This document shows positions 1 through 13,841 of a stretch of DNA of 64,000 nt, piece after piece. The translations under genes were made by a program, and so were the position numbers. This DNA comes from Octopus vulgaris (Eukaryota). The notes under the pieces were generated by a model. That model had not been told where the DNA came from. It ran no database searches and worked only from the letters and a program-made list of their open reading frames with translations. The DNA lies in the NCBI GenBank assembly GCA_951406725.2, contig OX597821.1:109306001-109370000 (forward strand), read 5' to 3'. How positions within the stretch are numbered: position 1 is the stretch's first letter; each line of letters opens with the position of its first letter.

Positions 1-12
1 TATATTGGTTTG

Positions 13-290
13 AAAGTTTAGCACAGGGCCAACAAATTCGAGTGTGGAAGCTGGTCGATTACATCAACCCCAGTATATCACTGGTACTTAATTCTTTCTA
101 TAATAGGCTCAAGGCCGGAAGGTTTGGAGGACGGGACAAGTCGACTACATTGACCCCGCAGAATTTCACTGGTACTTGATTCATCGACCCCGAAAGGATG
201 AAAAGCAAAGGTGACGTCAGCGGAATTTGAACTCGGATGAAATACTGCCAAGCATTTTGTCCGGCGTGTTAACAATTCTACTTCCTCGCC
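13..290 (-). mobile_element. SINE family B (Nin/Deu-domain-like) copy
   Basis: Reverse complement of the recurrent core GAGTTCAAATTCCGC...CTTTCATCCTTTCGGGGTCGAT...AGTACCAGT, which occurs many times in the window. Confidence 0.75.
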
Positions 291-316
291 CCCTTACGCA
301 CATATTGACATATTGT

Positions 317-490
317 TTTATTCTTTTATTCTGTTTCTTTGACAGCGGCCACGCTGGAGCACCGCCGTAAAGGGTTTTAGTCCAACAACTCGACCCCGAC
401 CCCAAGGCTTACTTTCTTAAACCTAGTACTTATTCTATCGCACCAACACCCGTTATCAAGCAGTGAAGGGTGGACAAAAACACAGAGTAA
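317..490 (-). mobile_element. 3' part of SINE family A
   Basis: Diverged reverse complement of the family A tail AATAAGTACTAGG...GGCGGTGCTCCAGCATGGCCGC. Confidence 0.6.
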
Positions 491-554
491 GAAAAAAAAC
501 TCACGCAAAATAAGTAATGCATACACACCATTTTAGATGCATAGGCTGGAGCGA

Positions 555-1200
555 AAACATACACACACACACACACATACACACACACTCACACACACAC
601 ATTCGCATGCACACAGGCACACAGACATACACATAAGCACACACATTCACGTGCACACAGATACACTGACAACCACACACATACATTCACATGCACACAG
701 ACACACACACACATTCACATGCATACAGATACACACATGCACACACATGCACACACATGCACGCACACACACGTTCACATGCACATAGACACACACACAC
801 ACATTCACATGCACACAACACACACACACATTCACATGCACACAGACACACACACACATTCACATGCACACAGACACACACACACATTCATATGCACATA
901 CACACACTGACAAACACACACACATTCACATGCACACAGACACGCTGACAAACACACACACACATTCACATGCACACAACACACACACACATTCACATGC
1001 ACATAGCTACACTGACAAACACACACACACACACACACACACTTGCACACACACACACACATACACACACATTCACATGCTCACAGGTACACACACATTC
1101 AAACACAGACACAGACACACACATTCACATGCTCACAGATACACACACACATTCAAACACAGACACAGACACACACACACACACACATGCGCGCGCATAC
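555..1200. repeat. (CA)n microsatellite with CACATTCACATGCACACAGA higher-order units
   Basis: Seen directly; accounts for the HT/CV-rich ORFs. Confidence 0.95.
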
Positions 1201-1446
1201 AAGCATCTATGCCGACATACTGAAGACATAAACCACAAGATACTAGAGTAACCCATTGACATTTTGATGGTGCATAAAATTCACATCGTCTTTTGCGATG
1301 TGGCAAATTCTGACAGTCGACATATTTGTGTGGTGCAAGTTCTTTGCTATCACGAGATTTACAGCTGCAGAGTTATGGGCAAACAAATATACGGAGAGTA
1401 TGCGCAAATGCACGCGCATATACACAAATAGATGTGAAAAAAATAT

Positions 1447-1509
<63 letters not shown>

Positions 1510-1514
1510 CATAC

Positions 1515-1582
<68 letters not shown>

Positions 1583-1586
<4 letters not shown>

Positions 1587-2468
1587 GAGTGTAGTGAATA
1601 AACTGTCGTCTACATTACACAAAAATGAAAATAACACTGACATCCCATTTTAACAGACATATTTACCAAAATTACATAAAAATATCATGAAATACTAAAG
1701 AGTAAATTTACTCAATAAAATCGCCGTTGGCTTCAACCACGGCCTCCAGACGACTCCCTAATATCCTGCAACTTTTCTAGATGGTATCCTTGTTTAAGTT
1801 GCTGAATGCTGCAATAATCGTTGCCTTCAGTTCATCTTTGGTGTTACAAAGAGTTTTGTTGGTCTCTCACTCAACTCCAGCCCACACATAATAATCAAAG
1901 GGGTTGAAGTCTGGGGAGTTAGGTGGCCAGATGTTAGGTGTGATGGGGTCGTAGAAATTGTCTGACAGCAATGACTGGGTTCTCCTGCTTGTGTGGCATG
2001 GTACAGAGTCCTGTTGCCAGATATAGTTCCACCAGACACCCACTCGGTTCAGGGCATTACTACCTGCTCTAGGAACTTCACGTAGCTCACCGTGTTGCAT
2101 TTGACGCCGTGTGGAGGCATCAATGGAGGCATAACATCGCCCGCTCCAAACTCCATGATATTGGCAGGAGGTTTGATTTTTATCACTCTCGGTTCATCTT
2201 TTGGCTCACGACAAGTCAACAGACTGACACCCAAACACTATTAAATGTTCATATTGGAGCTTCCAGCGCGAATGCCAAGCAGTACAGCATATCGTTTCCA
2301 AATTCCTGGCAGAGGAAATTGTGTCATGGTACTGTTTTTCTGTTTTTCTCGTAGATGCTACTAAACTGACACTACACTAGTCTGTAGTCAACAAAACCAA
2401 AAACAAACAATGCGTATGCGCAAAATTTAAAGCATAAAATGGCGACACTTTACACATCGCACCCTCGT
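1583..2468 (-). mobile_element. Degenerate, internally deleted maT (DD37D) Tc1/mariner-superfamily transposon
   Basis: ORF 1867..2100 contains QQD-SVPCHT...WPPNSPDFNPF-D with exactly 37 residues between the two Asp. Imperfect TIRs ACAGAGTGTAGTGAATAAACTGTCG / CGACACTTTACACATCGCACCCTCGT. A second copy lies at 9975. Confidence 0.85.
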
Positions 2469-2513
2469 TGGCGATTTTCTTCCTCCGTCTTCCCTTCTTT
2501 TGAACTTTCCTCT

Positions 2514-2548
2514 ATTTCTGAAGAAGAGATTTGCTCGAAACGTAAAAT
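2514..2548 (+). ncRNA. Minimal type I hammerhead ribozyme motif in a Penelope-like repeat (about 2469-2665)
   Basis: ATTT-CTGAAGA-A-GAG(ATTTG)CTC-GAAA-CG-TA-AAAT: core, stem II, palindromic ACGT stem III and 4-bp stem I. Confidence 0.6.
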
Positions 2549-2895
2549 CCCCTTTCTTTCCTTTCCTGAGCGTCTGATAATATTGTACTTGTACACATGT
2601 TATTGTTTTTTTCTTGTTTGTTATTGTTTTTTCTTGTTTGTTCTTCTTTGTTTGGATTCACTATATGTATATATATATATATAGTGTGTGTGTGTGTGTA
2701 TGTGTGCATGTGTATGTCTGTGTGTGTGTGTGTGTGTGTTACACACACATGCACGTTCACGCACGTATACACGCACTCAAACAAACACACACGCATGTAT
2801 GTATGTAGATCAGATTTATAGAAAAACAATAATGAAGACAGGTGAAGGAACAGCAAGCAAGTTAATAGTTTGACGCTCGCAAAGAATGGAAAAAT

Positions 2896-2931
2896 CTTTT
2901 ATGTTTCGAGCCTATGCTCTTCGACAGAAAG
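2896..2931 (-). ncRNA. Degenerate hammerhead-like motif in a Penelope-like repeat (about 2815-2995)
   Basis: Minus strand CTTT-CTGTCGA-A-GAGC(ATAG)GCTC-GAAA-CA-TA-AAAG; the core departs from CUGANGA. Confidence 0.35.
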
Positions 2932-3063
2932 TATTAAGAGGAAATAGAGAGAGAATGAAAAGAACCTGTTGGGTTCAGCGGTCCAATATAGGGAATGACT
3001 CTATGTATGAATGTATGTATGTATGTATGTATGTATGTATGTACAATGACACAAGCATGAAAT

Positions 3064-3138
3064 ACACTCAGAACTCCGTGGGTCACGATAACAAGAATCG
3101 AATGAATAGCTATCGAGAAACTCGGAGTTCTGAGTGTA
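3064..3138. repeat. Inverted repeat / hairpin with 16-bp perfect stem
   Basis: TACACTCAGAACTCCG ... CGGAGTTCTGAGTGTA, with an inner CGATA/TATCG stem. Confidence 0.85.
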
Positions 3139-3520
3139 AATGTCCCATGCCAATGTTATTCAATAAATTAACTTGACGTTATCAAGCATATCTTGAAACA
3201 TGGTTGATAACATCGGTTTGGTGGTCTGTAGTTGAAATAAAAGAAATCTAAATCGTGTCTACAACAGTTAAGACTATCAGACTTTCCGTTTGTTTTATAA
3301 ATGTCTTCGGCGATGCTCTCGTACACATAACGCAAAGCATCTTCAAGGTCCGACCATTTTCCGTTTTCATTATCATCGATCTTACTCATGTTGTAATTTT
3401 TATTATTATTATTATTTTTGGAGAGTGTTGTAGTTCGCTTGAAGCATTATGTATTGTTTGTAAAATATTACGTGTCTTGAATGGCACAACAGTGCAGTGT
3501 GGATTATAATAGCTGTCATA

Positions 3521-4225
3521 ATTCAATTATCCATAGTCTGCTATCACAATAATATTGGGTTGTCCGGAAAGTTCGTGCCGATTTATAGTAGCTTACCTTT
3601 CGACTTATTTTAGAACATGGTTGAGACCATAAAATAGGATTTGACTGCACCTCCATTTAGAGCACAGTTTAAGCTATCTTTTCGTAGAAGAAAGTTTATG
3701 TTCCTATAACCTGCGTTACTTCTGTAACCCTTTCAAATGGAAGATAACAAAGTTCATTTTCGGCACTTGATGCTTTGGGAACCAGACAGAATTTGCTGCA
3801 GCTCGGCCGGGATGTGTTACCCCACCCTCCATATTCACCAAATATTGCTCTTTCGGATTTCCACTTATTCAGGTCTCTGCAGAATAGTCTTAATGGTAAA
3901 AATTTCAATTCCTTGGATGACGTAAAAAGATACCTTGATGAATTCTTTGCCATGAAAACCCCTCAATTCTGGGAAGAGGATATCTTCAAGTAAAACGGAA
4001 GATGGAGACGTATTGTGTAACAGAATGTTTCATATATGGCTGACTAAAAATGGAATGGCAAGTATTTATTGACCTTTCTGTTTCCTTTAAAAGTCAGCAC
4101 GAACTTTCCGGACAACACAATATTTCGGAATACAAACATTCCTTCTTCGGATATCACTAGGATCTGAAGAAGGAATTTTTGTATTCCGAAATATTATTAT
4201 TATATCAGACTATGTATAACTGAAT
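3521..4225. mobile_element. Palindromic Penelope-like terminal element with hammerhead motif (4161-4198), left arm split by a mariner
   Basis: 3521-3554 joined to 4121-4152 is the approximate reverse complement of 4162-4225. The right arm reads GAT-CTGAAGA-A-GGAAT(TTTTGT)ATTCC-GAAA-TAT-T-ATT. Confidence 0.6.
3555..4120 (+). mobile_element. Internally deleted mariner transposon
   Basis: TIRs TTGGGTTGTCCGGAAAGTTCGTGC / GCACGAACTTTCCGGACAACACAA; TA target duplications at 3553-54 and 4121-22. N-terminal MEDNKVHFRHLML is joined to C-terminal LPHPPYSPNIALSDFHLFRSLQNSL. Confidence 0.92.
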
Positions 4226-4558
4226 GCGCATGGCTCAGTGGTGAGATCGTCGAGCTTACGATCGTGAGGTTGTGAGCTCGAATCCCGGACCGGGCTGCGT
4301 GTTGTGTCCTCGAGCAAGGCACTTTATTTCACGTTGCTCCAGTTCACTCAGCTGTAGAAATGAGTTGCGACGTCACTGGTGCCAAGCTGTATCGACCTTT
4401 GTCTTTCCCTTAGGATAACACTGGTGGCGTGGAGAGGGGAGGCTGGCATGCATGGGCGACTGCTGGTCTTCCATAAACAACCTCGCCCGGACTTGTGTCT
4501 AGGAGGGTAACTTTCTAGGTGCAATCCCATGGTCTGTGTCGTGACCGAAGGGGGTCTA
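4226..4558 (+). mobile_element. tRNA-derived SINE (family C)
   Basis: A box TGGCTCAGTGG and B box GCTCGAATCCC, followed by TGTGTCCTCGAGCAAGGCACTTTATTTCAC. Confidence 0.8.
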
Positions 4559-4829
4559 CGATGTATAACTGAGTTACACCAGTCATTAAAGTCCATTCTG
4601 CATTGTTGTGCCATTCAAGACACGTTGTATTTTATATTTTATTTATTCCCTTTTTATTTTATTCTATTTTTAGTTATTTCTATTTATTCTTTTTTTAATA
4701 TAGTGTGTTGATGCTCGAAAAATGCTTTAAACGACATAACATTCTAAATATCTCTCTACCTACTTCAGAAAGAAATACTTCGAAACTAACCATTTAAACA
4801 ATCACACAAACACAGATAAATATGAATAT

Positions 4830-6817
<1,988 letters not shown>

Positions 6818-7863
6818 TATCCCTGGCTATCTGGCTATTGACGTTTCTATAGAAACGTAGAACTAAACTAGCATTACTCTTGAGGATTCTTCTTGAACAT
6901 CATGGGATTTATCTTTTGACCGAAGCAAAATACTGCTCCAGCTTATTTAGCAAGCGAATATATTGATACTCTTCAGAAATGGTTTGAGGAATACACTGCC
7001 AAAGCTGTCAATATCAAAACTCCTTCTTTGTTTACCAAAGAAAAATTGCTTTTTTCCTCGTCTTCCTGTATCCCCGGTTAAAAATGTTTATCTCTACATC
7101 CAGATTTCCTATCGACAGATGATACCATTCAATCCATCTATATCTAGGTGTATTGATCTATCCTGGGAATATCACACGGTTGTTGAATGTGAATTATGGA
7201 TATGCATGTCTGTCTGTCGGTCTGTTAGTTCTGTGGTTCTAATTTCGCTCTCGTATTTGTGCTTACATTGCGTTTGGGAAGGGCTGTTGCTTACCAGAAT
7301 TGTTAGAGCTGTTGGCAAAATGCCTTACGGTTATGTTACGAGTGTTCGCGTTTTGTGTTCAAATAGCATCGAGGTTACCTTTGGCATTCAAGCTTTTAGG
7401 ATTGATAAAATTAAGTACTTTCTAGTTATTAAGTTCTTTTTAATCTGCAAAATGCCATCAAAAGTTTGGTCTTATGCTTCAATTAGAAATAACAATTATT
7501 GAGAATAACGAACTGGCAGGATCGTTAATTTCGAAAACTGCACCTTTGTGGGATTTTTTCTCTGGTTCTTTACATTATGAGTTCAAATCCCAGCAAGGTC
7601 CTTTATGAATTTCTTCGGTATTTTGTCGAAAATAACTCGTGTATTAGGACCGATGTAATCGACTTAACTCCCCACTTCACGTATCTGCTTACCTTGCACT
7701 CAATCCTAAAAGAAAGTAATGGGCTGATAGAGTCGTTAGACAAAATACCATAAGATATTTAGTAATAACATTTTGCATTCCGGAATCAAACCAACCCAGG
7801 TCAAATTTGTCTTTCATCATTTTGGGTCCAATAGAAGAAAAAAGAACTGGGATCCAGTACTTG

Positions 7864-8140
7864 GCACTCCGTCGGTTACGACGAAGAGGCTTTCAGCTGA
7901 TCTCATCAACGGAAATTAACGAGAAGACAGCTGAGCACTTCAAAGTCATGTGTACCTTTAACGTGGTTCTCCGAGAAGATTCAGCGTGACACAGAGTGTG
8001 ACAAGGCTGGTCCCTTTGAAATAAAGGTACAACAAAATTTTTCAGCTAAGTGGCCTGGAGCAATGTGGAATGAAGTGACTTGCTCAAGGACAAAACATGC
8101 GGCCAGGAATCGAACTCAGGACATTACGATCGTGAGCCGG
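7864..8140 (-). mobile_element. tRNA-derived SINE with a tail shared with the 17032-17429 family
   Basis: GCACTCCGTCGGTTACGACGA...CAGCGTGACACAGAGTGTGACAAGGC shared with the 17035-17210 region; B-box-like GAGTTCGATTCC on the minus strand. Confidence 0.65.
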
Positions 8141-8343
8141 ACAAAATGTTCAGGGGCGTTTCGTCCGTCTTAATGTTCTGAGTTTTTATTTAAGTTCCGC
8201 CAAGGTCGTCTTTGTTTTTCATTGTTTCGGAGGTCGATAAATTAAGTACCAGTTGAACACTGAGGTCGATTCAAACCACTTATCCTTCTCCCCCGTAATT
8301 GCTGGCCTTACCAAAATTTGAAACCAATATAAGTAGCAGTCGG

Positions 8344-8389
<46 letters not shown>

Positions 8390-8552
8390 GGGGAGAGAGG
8401 GAGGAGAGTGAGGGGAAAGAGAGACAGAGTATGTGAGAGAGAGAAACAGAGAGAGAGACAGAGACAGAGACAGAGACAGAGACAGAGAGAGAGAAGCGAG
8501 CAGACAAAGATTGACCGTGTCTCTATTACCGGCAAGGATCTGAACACAATAA

Positions 8553-9335
8553 GGCTGGCGAGCTGGCAGAATTGTTAGCACGCTGGACGAAATGCTTAAC
8601 GGTATTTCGCCTGCCGCTACGTTTCGAGTTCAAATTCCGCCGAAGGTCGACTTTGCCTTTCATCCTTTCGGGTTCGATTAAATTAAGTACCAGTTACGCA
8701 CTGGGGACGATATAATCGATTTAACCCGTTTGTCTGTCCTTGTTTGTCCCTCTGTGTTTAGCCCCTTGTGGGTAATAAAGAAATAGGTATTTCGCCTGCC
8801 GCTACGTTCCGAGTTCAAATTCCGCCGAGGTCGACTTTGCCTTTCATCCTTTCGGGATCGATTAAATAAGTACCAGTTACGCACTGGGGACGATATAATC
8901 GACTTAACCCGTTTGTCTGTCCTTGTTTGTCCTCTCTGTGTTTAGCCCCTTGTGGGTAGTAAAGAAATAGGTATTTCGTCTGTCTTAACGTTACGAGTTC
9001 AAATTCCCTGCGAGGTCGACTTTGCCTTTCATCCTTTCGGGGTCGATAAATTAAACACCAGTTGCGTACTAGGGTCGATCTAATCGACTGGGCCCTCCCC
9101 AAAAATTTCGGGCCTTGTGCCTAGCGTAGAAACGAATAATACGGCGAGCTGGCAGAATCGTTAGCACACCGGGTGAAATACTTAGCGATATATCGTCTGT
9201 CTTCTCGTTCTGAGTTCAAATTTCGCTGAGGTCGACTTTGCCTTTCACCCTTTCGGACTCGATCATTAAGTACCAGTAGAGTACTGGGGTTGATCTAATC
9301 GACTGCGCCCCCACTTGTACCTAGAGTAGAAAACA
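8553..9335 (+). mobile_element. Tandem array of SINE family B units (about 4 cores, about 180-bp period)
   Basis: GGTATTTCG..TG..CTACGTT..GAGTTCAAATTCC..GAGGTCGACTTTGCCTTTCATCCTTTCGGG recurs at about 8600, 8786, 8970 and 9190. Confidence 0.85.
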
Positions 9336-9707
9336 ATGATCTGGACACAATTTTATAAGAAAGACCTCTTGTCTTTCTGCGCGTAAAGTTATTAGTCCTC
9401 GGGGCTTCTGTCGATCTCCTAAAGAATGTGACTCAAAGAATTTTCGCATTTCTTTGCTTTATATTTCATTTTATTTTATTGTTTTATAGAGGAATTTGAC
9501 TGCAGCCATGCTGGAGCACCACCTTGAAGGGTTTTGTTCAGTCGAGCAAATCGACCCCAGGACTTTTTTTTTTTTTTTTGTCTTCAACCTTAGTACTTAT
9601 TCATTTAGTCTCTTTGCCGAACCGTAAATACACCAACGGCGATTGTCCACCGACCGGTGATAAAGAGAAAAACACAGACACAAAGACACACGCAGAGAAA
9701 TATATAC

Positions 9708-9740
<33 letters not shown>

Positions 9741-9857
9741 AATATATATATATATGATCCAAAAAGAAAAACGAAGATAAATCACGAGAAAAAAACCAAC
9801 ACGAGGATGTGGTACATGCAAAGTTTTAATGAGACGCTCAGGGAAGGAAAGAAAGGT

Positions 9858-9892
9858 ATTTTTATGTTTCAAGCAAAGCTCCTCTTCAGAAA
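9858..9892 (-). ncRNA. Hammerhead ribozyme motif in a second copy of the 2469-2665 Penelope-like repeat (about 9755-9965)
   Basis: Minus strand TTT-CTGAAGA-G-GAGC(TTT)GCTT-GAAA-CA-TA-AAA; flanks are homologous to 2469-2660 (both ORF translations share FLSFPERLI). Confidence 0.5.
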
Positions 9893-9974
9893 CAGGAGAC
9901 AGAGGAAAGTCCTAGAGAAAAGGAAGACAAAAAATCGCCAACGAGCTACATGTAGTTACATTTCGAAATATATA

Positions 9975-10860
9975 TACCGGGTGCGGTGAATAAACTGTCA
10001 ACTAAATTACGAAAAAATTAAAGATAACGCTGACATCTCATTTTAAGAGATATATTCACCAAAATTACATAAAAATATCTTGAAATACTAAAGAGTAAAT
10101 TTATTCCACAAAATCGCCATTGGCTTAAACCACGGCCTCCAGACGACTTCGGAATCTCCTGCAACTCTTCTAGGTGATCTCCTTATTTAAATTTGTGAAA
10201 GCTGCCATAATCGTTGCCTTCAGTTCATCTTTGGTGTTACATGGAGTTTTGTTGATCTCTCACTGAACTGCGCCCCACACATAATAATCAAAGAGATTGC
10301 AGTCTGGGGAATTAGGTGGCCAGATGTTAGGTGTGATGGAGTCGTAGAAATTGACTGACAGCAATGACTGGGTTCTCCTGCTTGTGTAGCATGGTGCATA
10401 GTTCTGTTGCCAGACATAGTGTTCCAGCAGTCACCCTCTTGACCCAGGGCAGCACTACCTCCTCCAAGCACTTGATGTAGGCCTCTGTGTTGAGTGTGAG
10501 GCCGTGTGGGAAGCTGAATGGAGGTATAACGTTGCCATCATTACTAATCACGCCAAACATCATGACGTTGACTGCATCTTTGATTTTTATCACTCTCGGT
10601 ACATGTTCTGAGACTGCAGTCCTTAGATTGACATCCAAACGCTCTGAAATGTTCGCATTGGAGCTTCTGGTGCGAATGCCAAGCAGTACAGCATGTCGTT
10701 TCCAAATTTCTGGCAGAGTAAATTGCATCATGATGCTGTTTTTCTCACAGACGGTGCCCAACTGACCCTACTTACTTTACTATGTAGTCGACAAAATCAA
10801 AAACAAACAATGCGCATGGGCGAATTAAGAATATAAAATGGTGACAATTTATCCATTGCA

Positions 10861-10862
<2 letters not shown>
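9975..10862 (-). mobile_element. Second degenerate maT (DD37D) transposon copy
   Basis: Collinear with 1583-2468. HTH-like N-terminus (WKRHAVLLGIRTRSSNANISERLDVNLRT) and VMMFGVISNDG...LNTEAYIKCLEEVVLPW; TIR-like ends. Confidence 0.85.
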
Positions 10863-10948
<86 letters not shown>

Positions 10949-11437
10949 TAATATAGGCTAAAATTTTTTCGGGAAAAAAAATTTTATCAATAGCCAGCAT
11001 ATTAAAAAATGCCTTTAAAGGTAAAATTTATACATAAATTTATAAGATAAGGGCAGAAGAAAAATTCTAATGCCAGATACGCCGAAACAAAAAATTGTCG
11101 ATAACCATTAAATTTATGCGTCTCGAAACAAACCGATAGAAATCTCTAAAAAATTCGTTATTACCGTATTGGTCCAATTTCGGGTTAATTCACAAGAAAT
11201 TCTCCCCTCTTCAGCGGCAAACATATGCGAGATATAAATGAAATACTTATTCATACCCACGGAAGAAGCAAGCACCAAGTCCCGAGCAGACTTAAGTACC
11301 CCAAATATATCCAAATTAGAAAAAATCTTCGGCGCACCTCGAGACATGTGTGATTCGAACTAGAAACTTTCACAGAGTGATAGAATTGTAAATTATATAT
11401 ATGTGTGTGTATGTATGTATGTATGTATGTATAAGAT

Positions 11438-11592
11438 AGGTTTCTGTCAGTTTCCGTCTACCAACCAAATCTACTCACGAAGCTTTTGTCGACCCGAGGC
11501 TATATTAGGATACACTTACCCAAGGTTCCACACAGTGGGACTGAACCCGGAACTATGTTGTCGGCAATCCAGATTCTTACTACACAGCCACG
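11438..11592 (-). mobile_element. SINE family A, 5' part
   Basis: Reverse complement of GTGGCTGTGT..TAAG...GGGTTCAGTCCCACTG...GGTAGACGGAAACTGA. Confidence 0.75.
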
Positions 11593-11669
11593 TCAGCTCT
11601 TATTATTTATATTATTTATATTATTTGTATTTATATTATTTATATTATTTGTATTTCATTTTATCCATT

Positions 11670-12062
11670 CTTTTCTACCCTAGGCACAAGGCCCGAAATT
11701 TTGGGGGGCGGGGCCAATTGATTAGATCGACCCCAGTACGCAAGTGGCAAGCTGGCAGAAACGTTAGCACGCCGGGCGAAATGCTTAACGGTATTTCGTC
11801 TGCCGTTACGTTGTGAGTTCAAATTCCGCCGAGGTCGACTTTGCCTTTCATCCTTTCGGGGTCGATAAATTAAGTACCAGTTACGCAATGGGGTCGATGT
11901 AATCGACTTAATACCTATGTATGTCCTTGTTTGTCCCCTCTGTGTTTAGCCCCTTGTGGGTAATAAAAGAAATAGGTATTTCATTTAACGACCCTGAAAG
12001 GAGGAAAGGCAAAGTCGACCTCGGCGGAGTTTGAACTCAGAACGCTAAGCATTTCGCCCGAC
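11670..12062 (+). mobile_element. SINE family B cluster (plus-strand copy flanked by minus-strand fragments)
   Basis: Full core and tail at 11745-11975; inverted fragments at 11670-11740 and 11985-12062. Confidence 0.8.
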
Positions 12063-12815
12063 GTTTCATTTTATTTATTTTCACATTTTTCACTTTTCTA
12101 TACAAATAGTCCATAAACATGATTTTTAGTTATTCATTTTAATTTCTTTTTCTTTTTTTCTTTCTTGGGCCCCAGGATACACATGTTTTCTGTGGTGTGT
12201 AAGTGACCGAATTCACATTTCCCCTCAACGAGACGCCGGTCTCTTGTGGTGTTCAGGACTAGGAATGTTGAGGAGAGGAGCACAAACCGAATACATCAAC
12301 CCATCGTACTTGACTGCTACTTTATGTTATCGGCCCAGAAGGGATGAAAGGCAAAGCTAATGTTGGCGGGATCTGAGCTTAGGACACAAAGACCTGGAAG
12401 AAAAGCTTCTAAACACATTTTCTCCGACGAGCTAACGACTCGGCCAGCTCGCCGCTTTCAAACAAATGAATCAGCGTTCTTTAGAATATGGTACCCCAGC
12501 GCTTGTCCCAGTTGATGGTACCCCCAGCTGGTTCTTTTCACGTTTATTCATTGTCCTCTACTTTCATGCATTCCTATAATCCGTTTTATGTTATTCCTTT
12601 AATCCGTTAGTACAATTCACTCTTGCTACATGTTCCAAGTTCTCTTTCGTTGTAGTTTATAGCACATTAATTTTATTCGGATTAATTCTCATTCTTTAAT
12701 TCCGTTATTCTCATTCGCTTATTCATTCTTTTTCATTCGTTCAGTTCTACTTTATTTTTTCAGTCTTTCCTCGTGAATTTTTTCCATCTCAATCTACACC
12801 TTATTTCACTCCATC

Positions 12816-12817
<2 letters not shown>

Positions 12818-12910
<93 letters not shown>

Positions 12911-12982
12911 CCTTCCTCTATCTATCTATCTCTTTATATATATCTATCTATCTATCTATCCTATCTATCTATCTATCTCTCT

Positions 12983-13028
<46 letters not shown>

Positions 13029-13172
13029 CATTATCTGTCTTATCTATCTATCTCTATATATATATATAGCCCTCTCTCTCTTCTTTCTCTCCCTATCTCT
13101 CTATCTCTCTCTATCAATCTCCCTCTCTTTCTCTCTCTCTTTCTCTTTCTCACACACATACACGCACACACA
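12818..13172. repeat. (CT)n, (TA)n and (TATC)n compound microsatellite
   Basis: Seen directly. Confidence 0.9.
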
Positions 13173-13841
13173 CATGCGTCCTTATTTTCTACCTTCTCTT
13201 TCTTTTATAAATTAACAACCACACTTCCTTCGTTTGCAAAATGCATGCGAAATTATATCTATTTCCCAAGAGAATTCTTGCTAATTAGGCAAAAAAAAAA
13301 AATTAAATATTTGTGTTTTAAACTAATGAATAAGTGAATAAGAATGACAGAATGTAAGAATAAAAGTTTTTTTTTTTTTTTACAATAATGAATATATAAA
13401 TAAACGAGTAAATTTTAAAGAATTATTGCATGAAAATAAAAGAGAATGAAGAAAATGATAAAATCCCAAGAGAATTCTTCAGAATTAAAAAAATTAAATA
13501 ATGAGAATTATAATGGAGGAGTGAAAAAGAAAGAAAAAAAGAAAGCAGGACAGACAGACAGGAAGAAAGGAAGAAGCGGATAACAATTTTGGGGTTAAAA
13601 TAAACGAACATAAAAGAGAATAAAGGAATAAGCTGGAATGGTAAAACTGATTAACTCCTCGCTCTCCGAGTGAAGCAGTACTTCGTATAATAAGTACACG
13701 ACAAAACATAGTTTGGTATTTCATGGATTATAGTGTAAGAACGGACAAATTACCCAGGGTCTCCATCTGTATCAAAATTATGGAGTAAGATCAGTACTAA
13801 CATATATATTGTAGAAAACCAAGAAATTCATTTTTTAATTA

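Noticed and set aside
6830-6900. Palindrome ACGTTTCTATAGAAACGT with GAAACGTC on the minus strand as another hammerhead
   Set aside because: The upstream core reads CTCAAGA and stem II is not convincing; at most a decayed relic.
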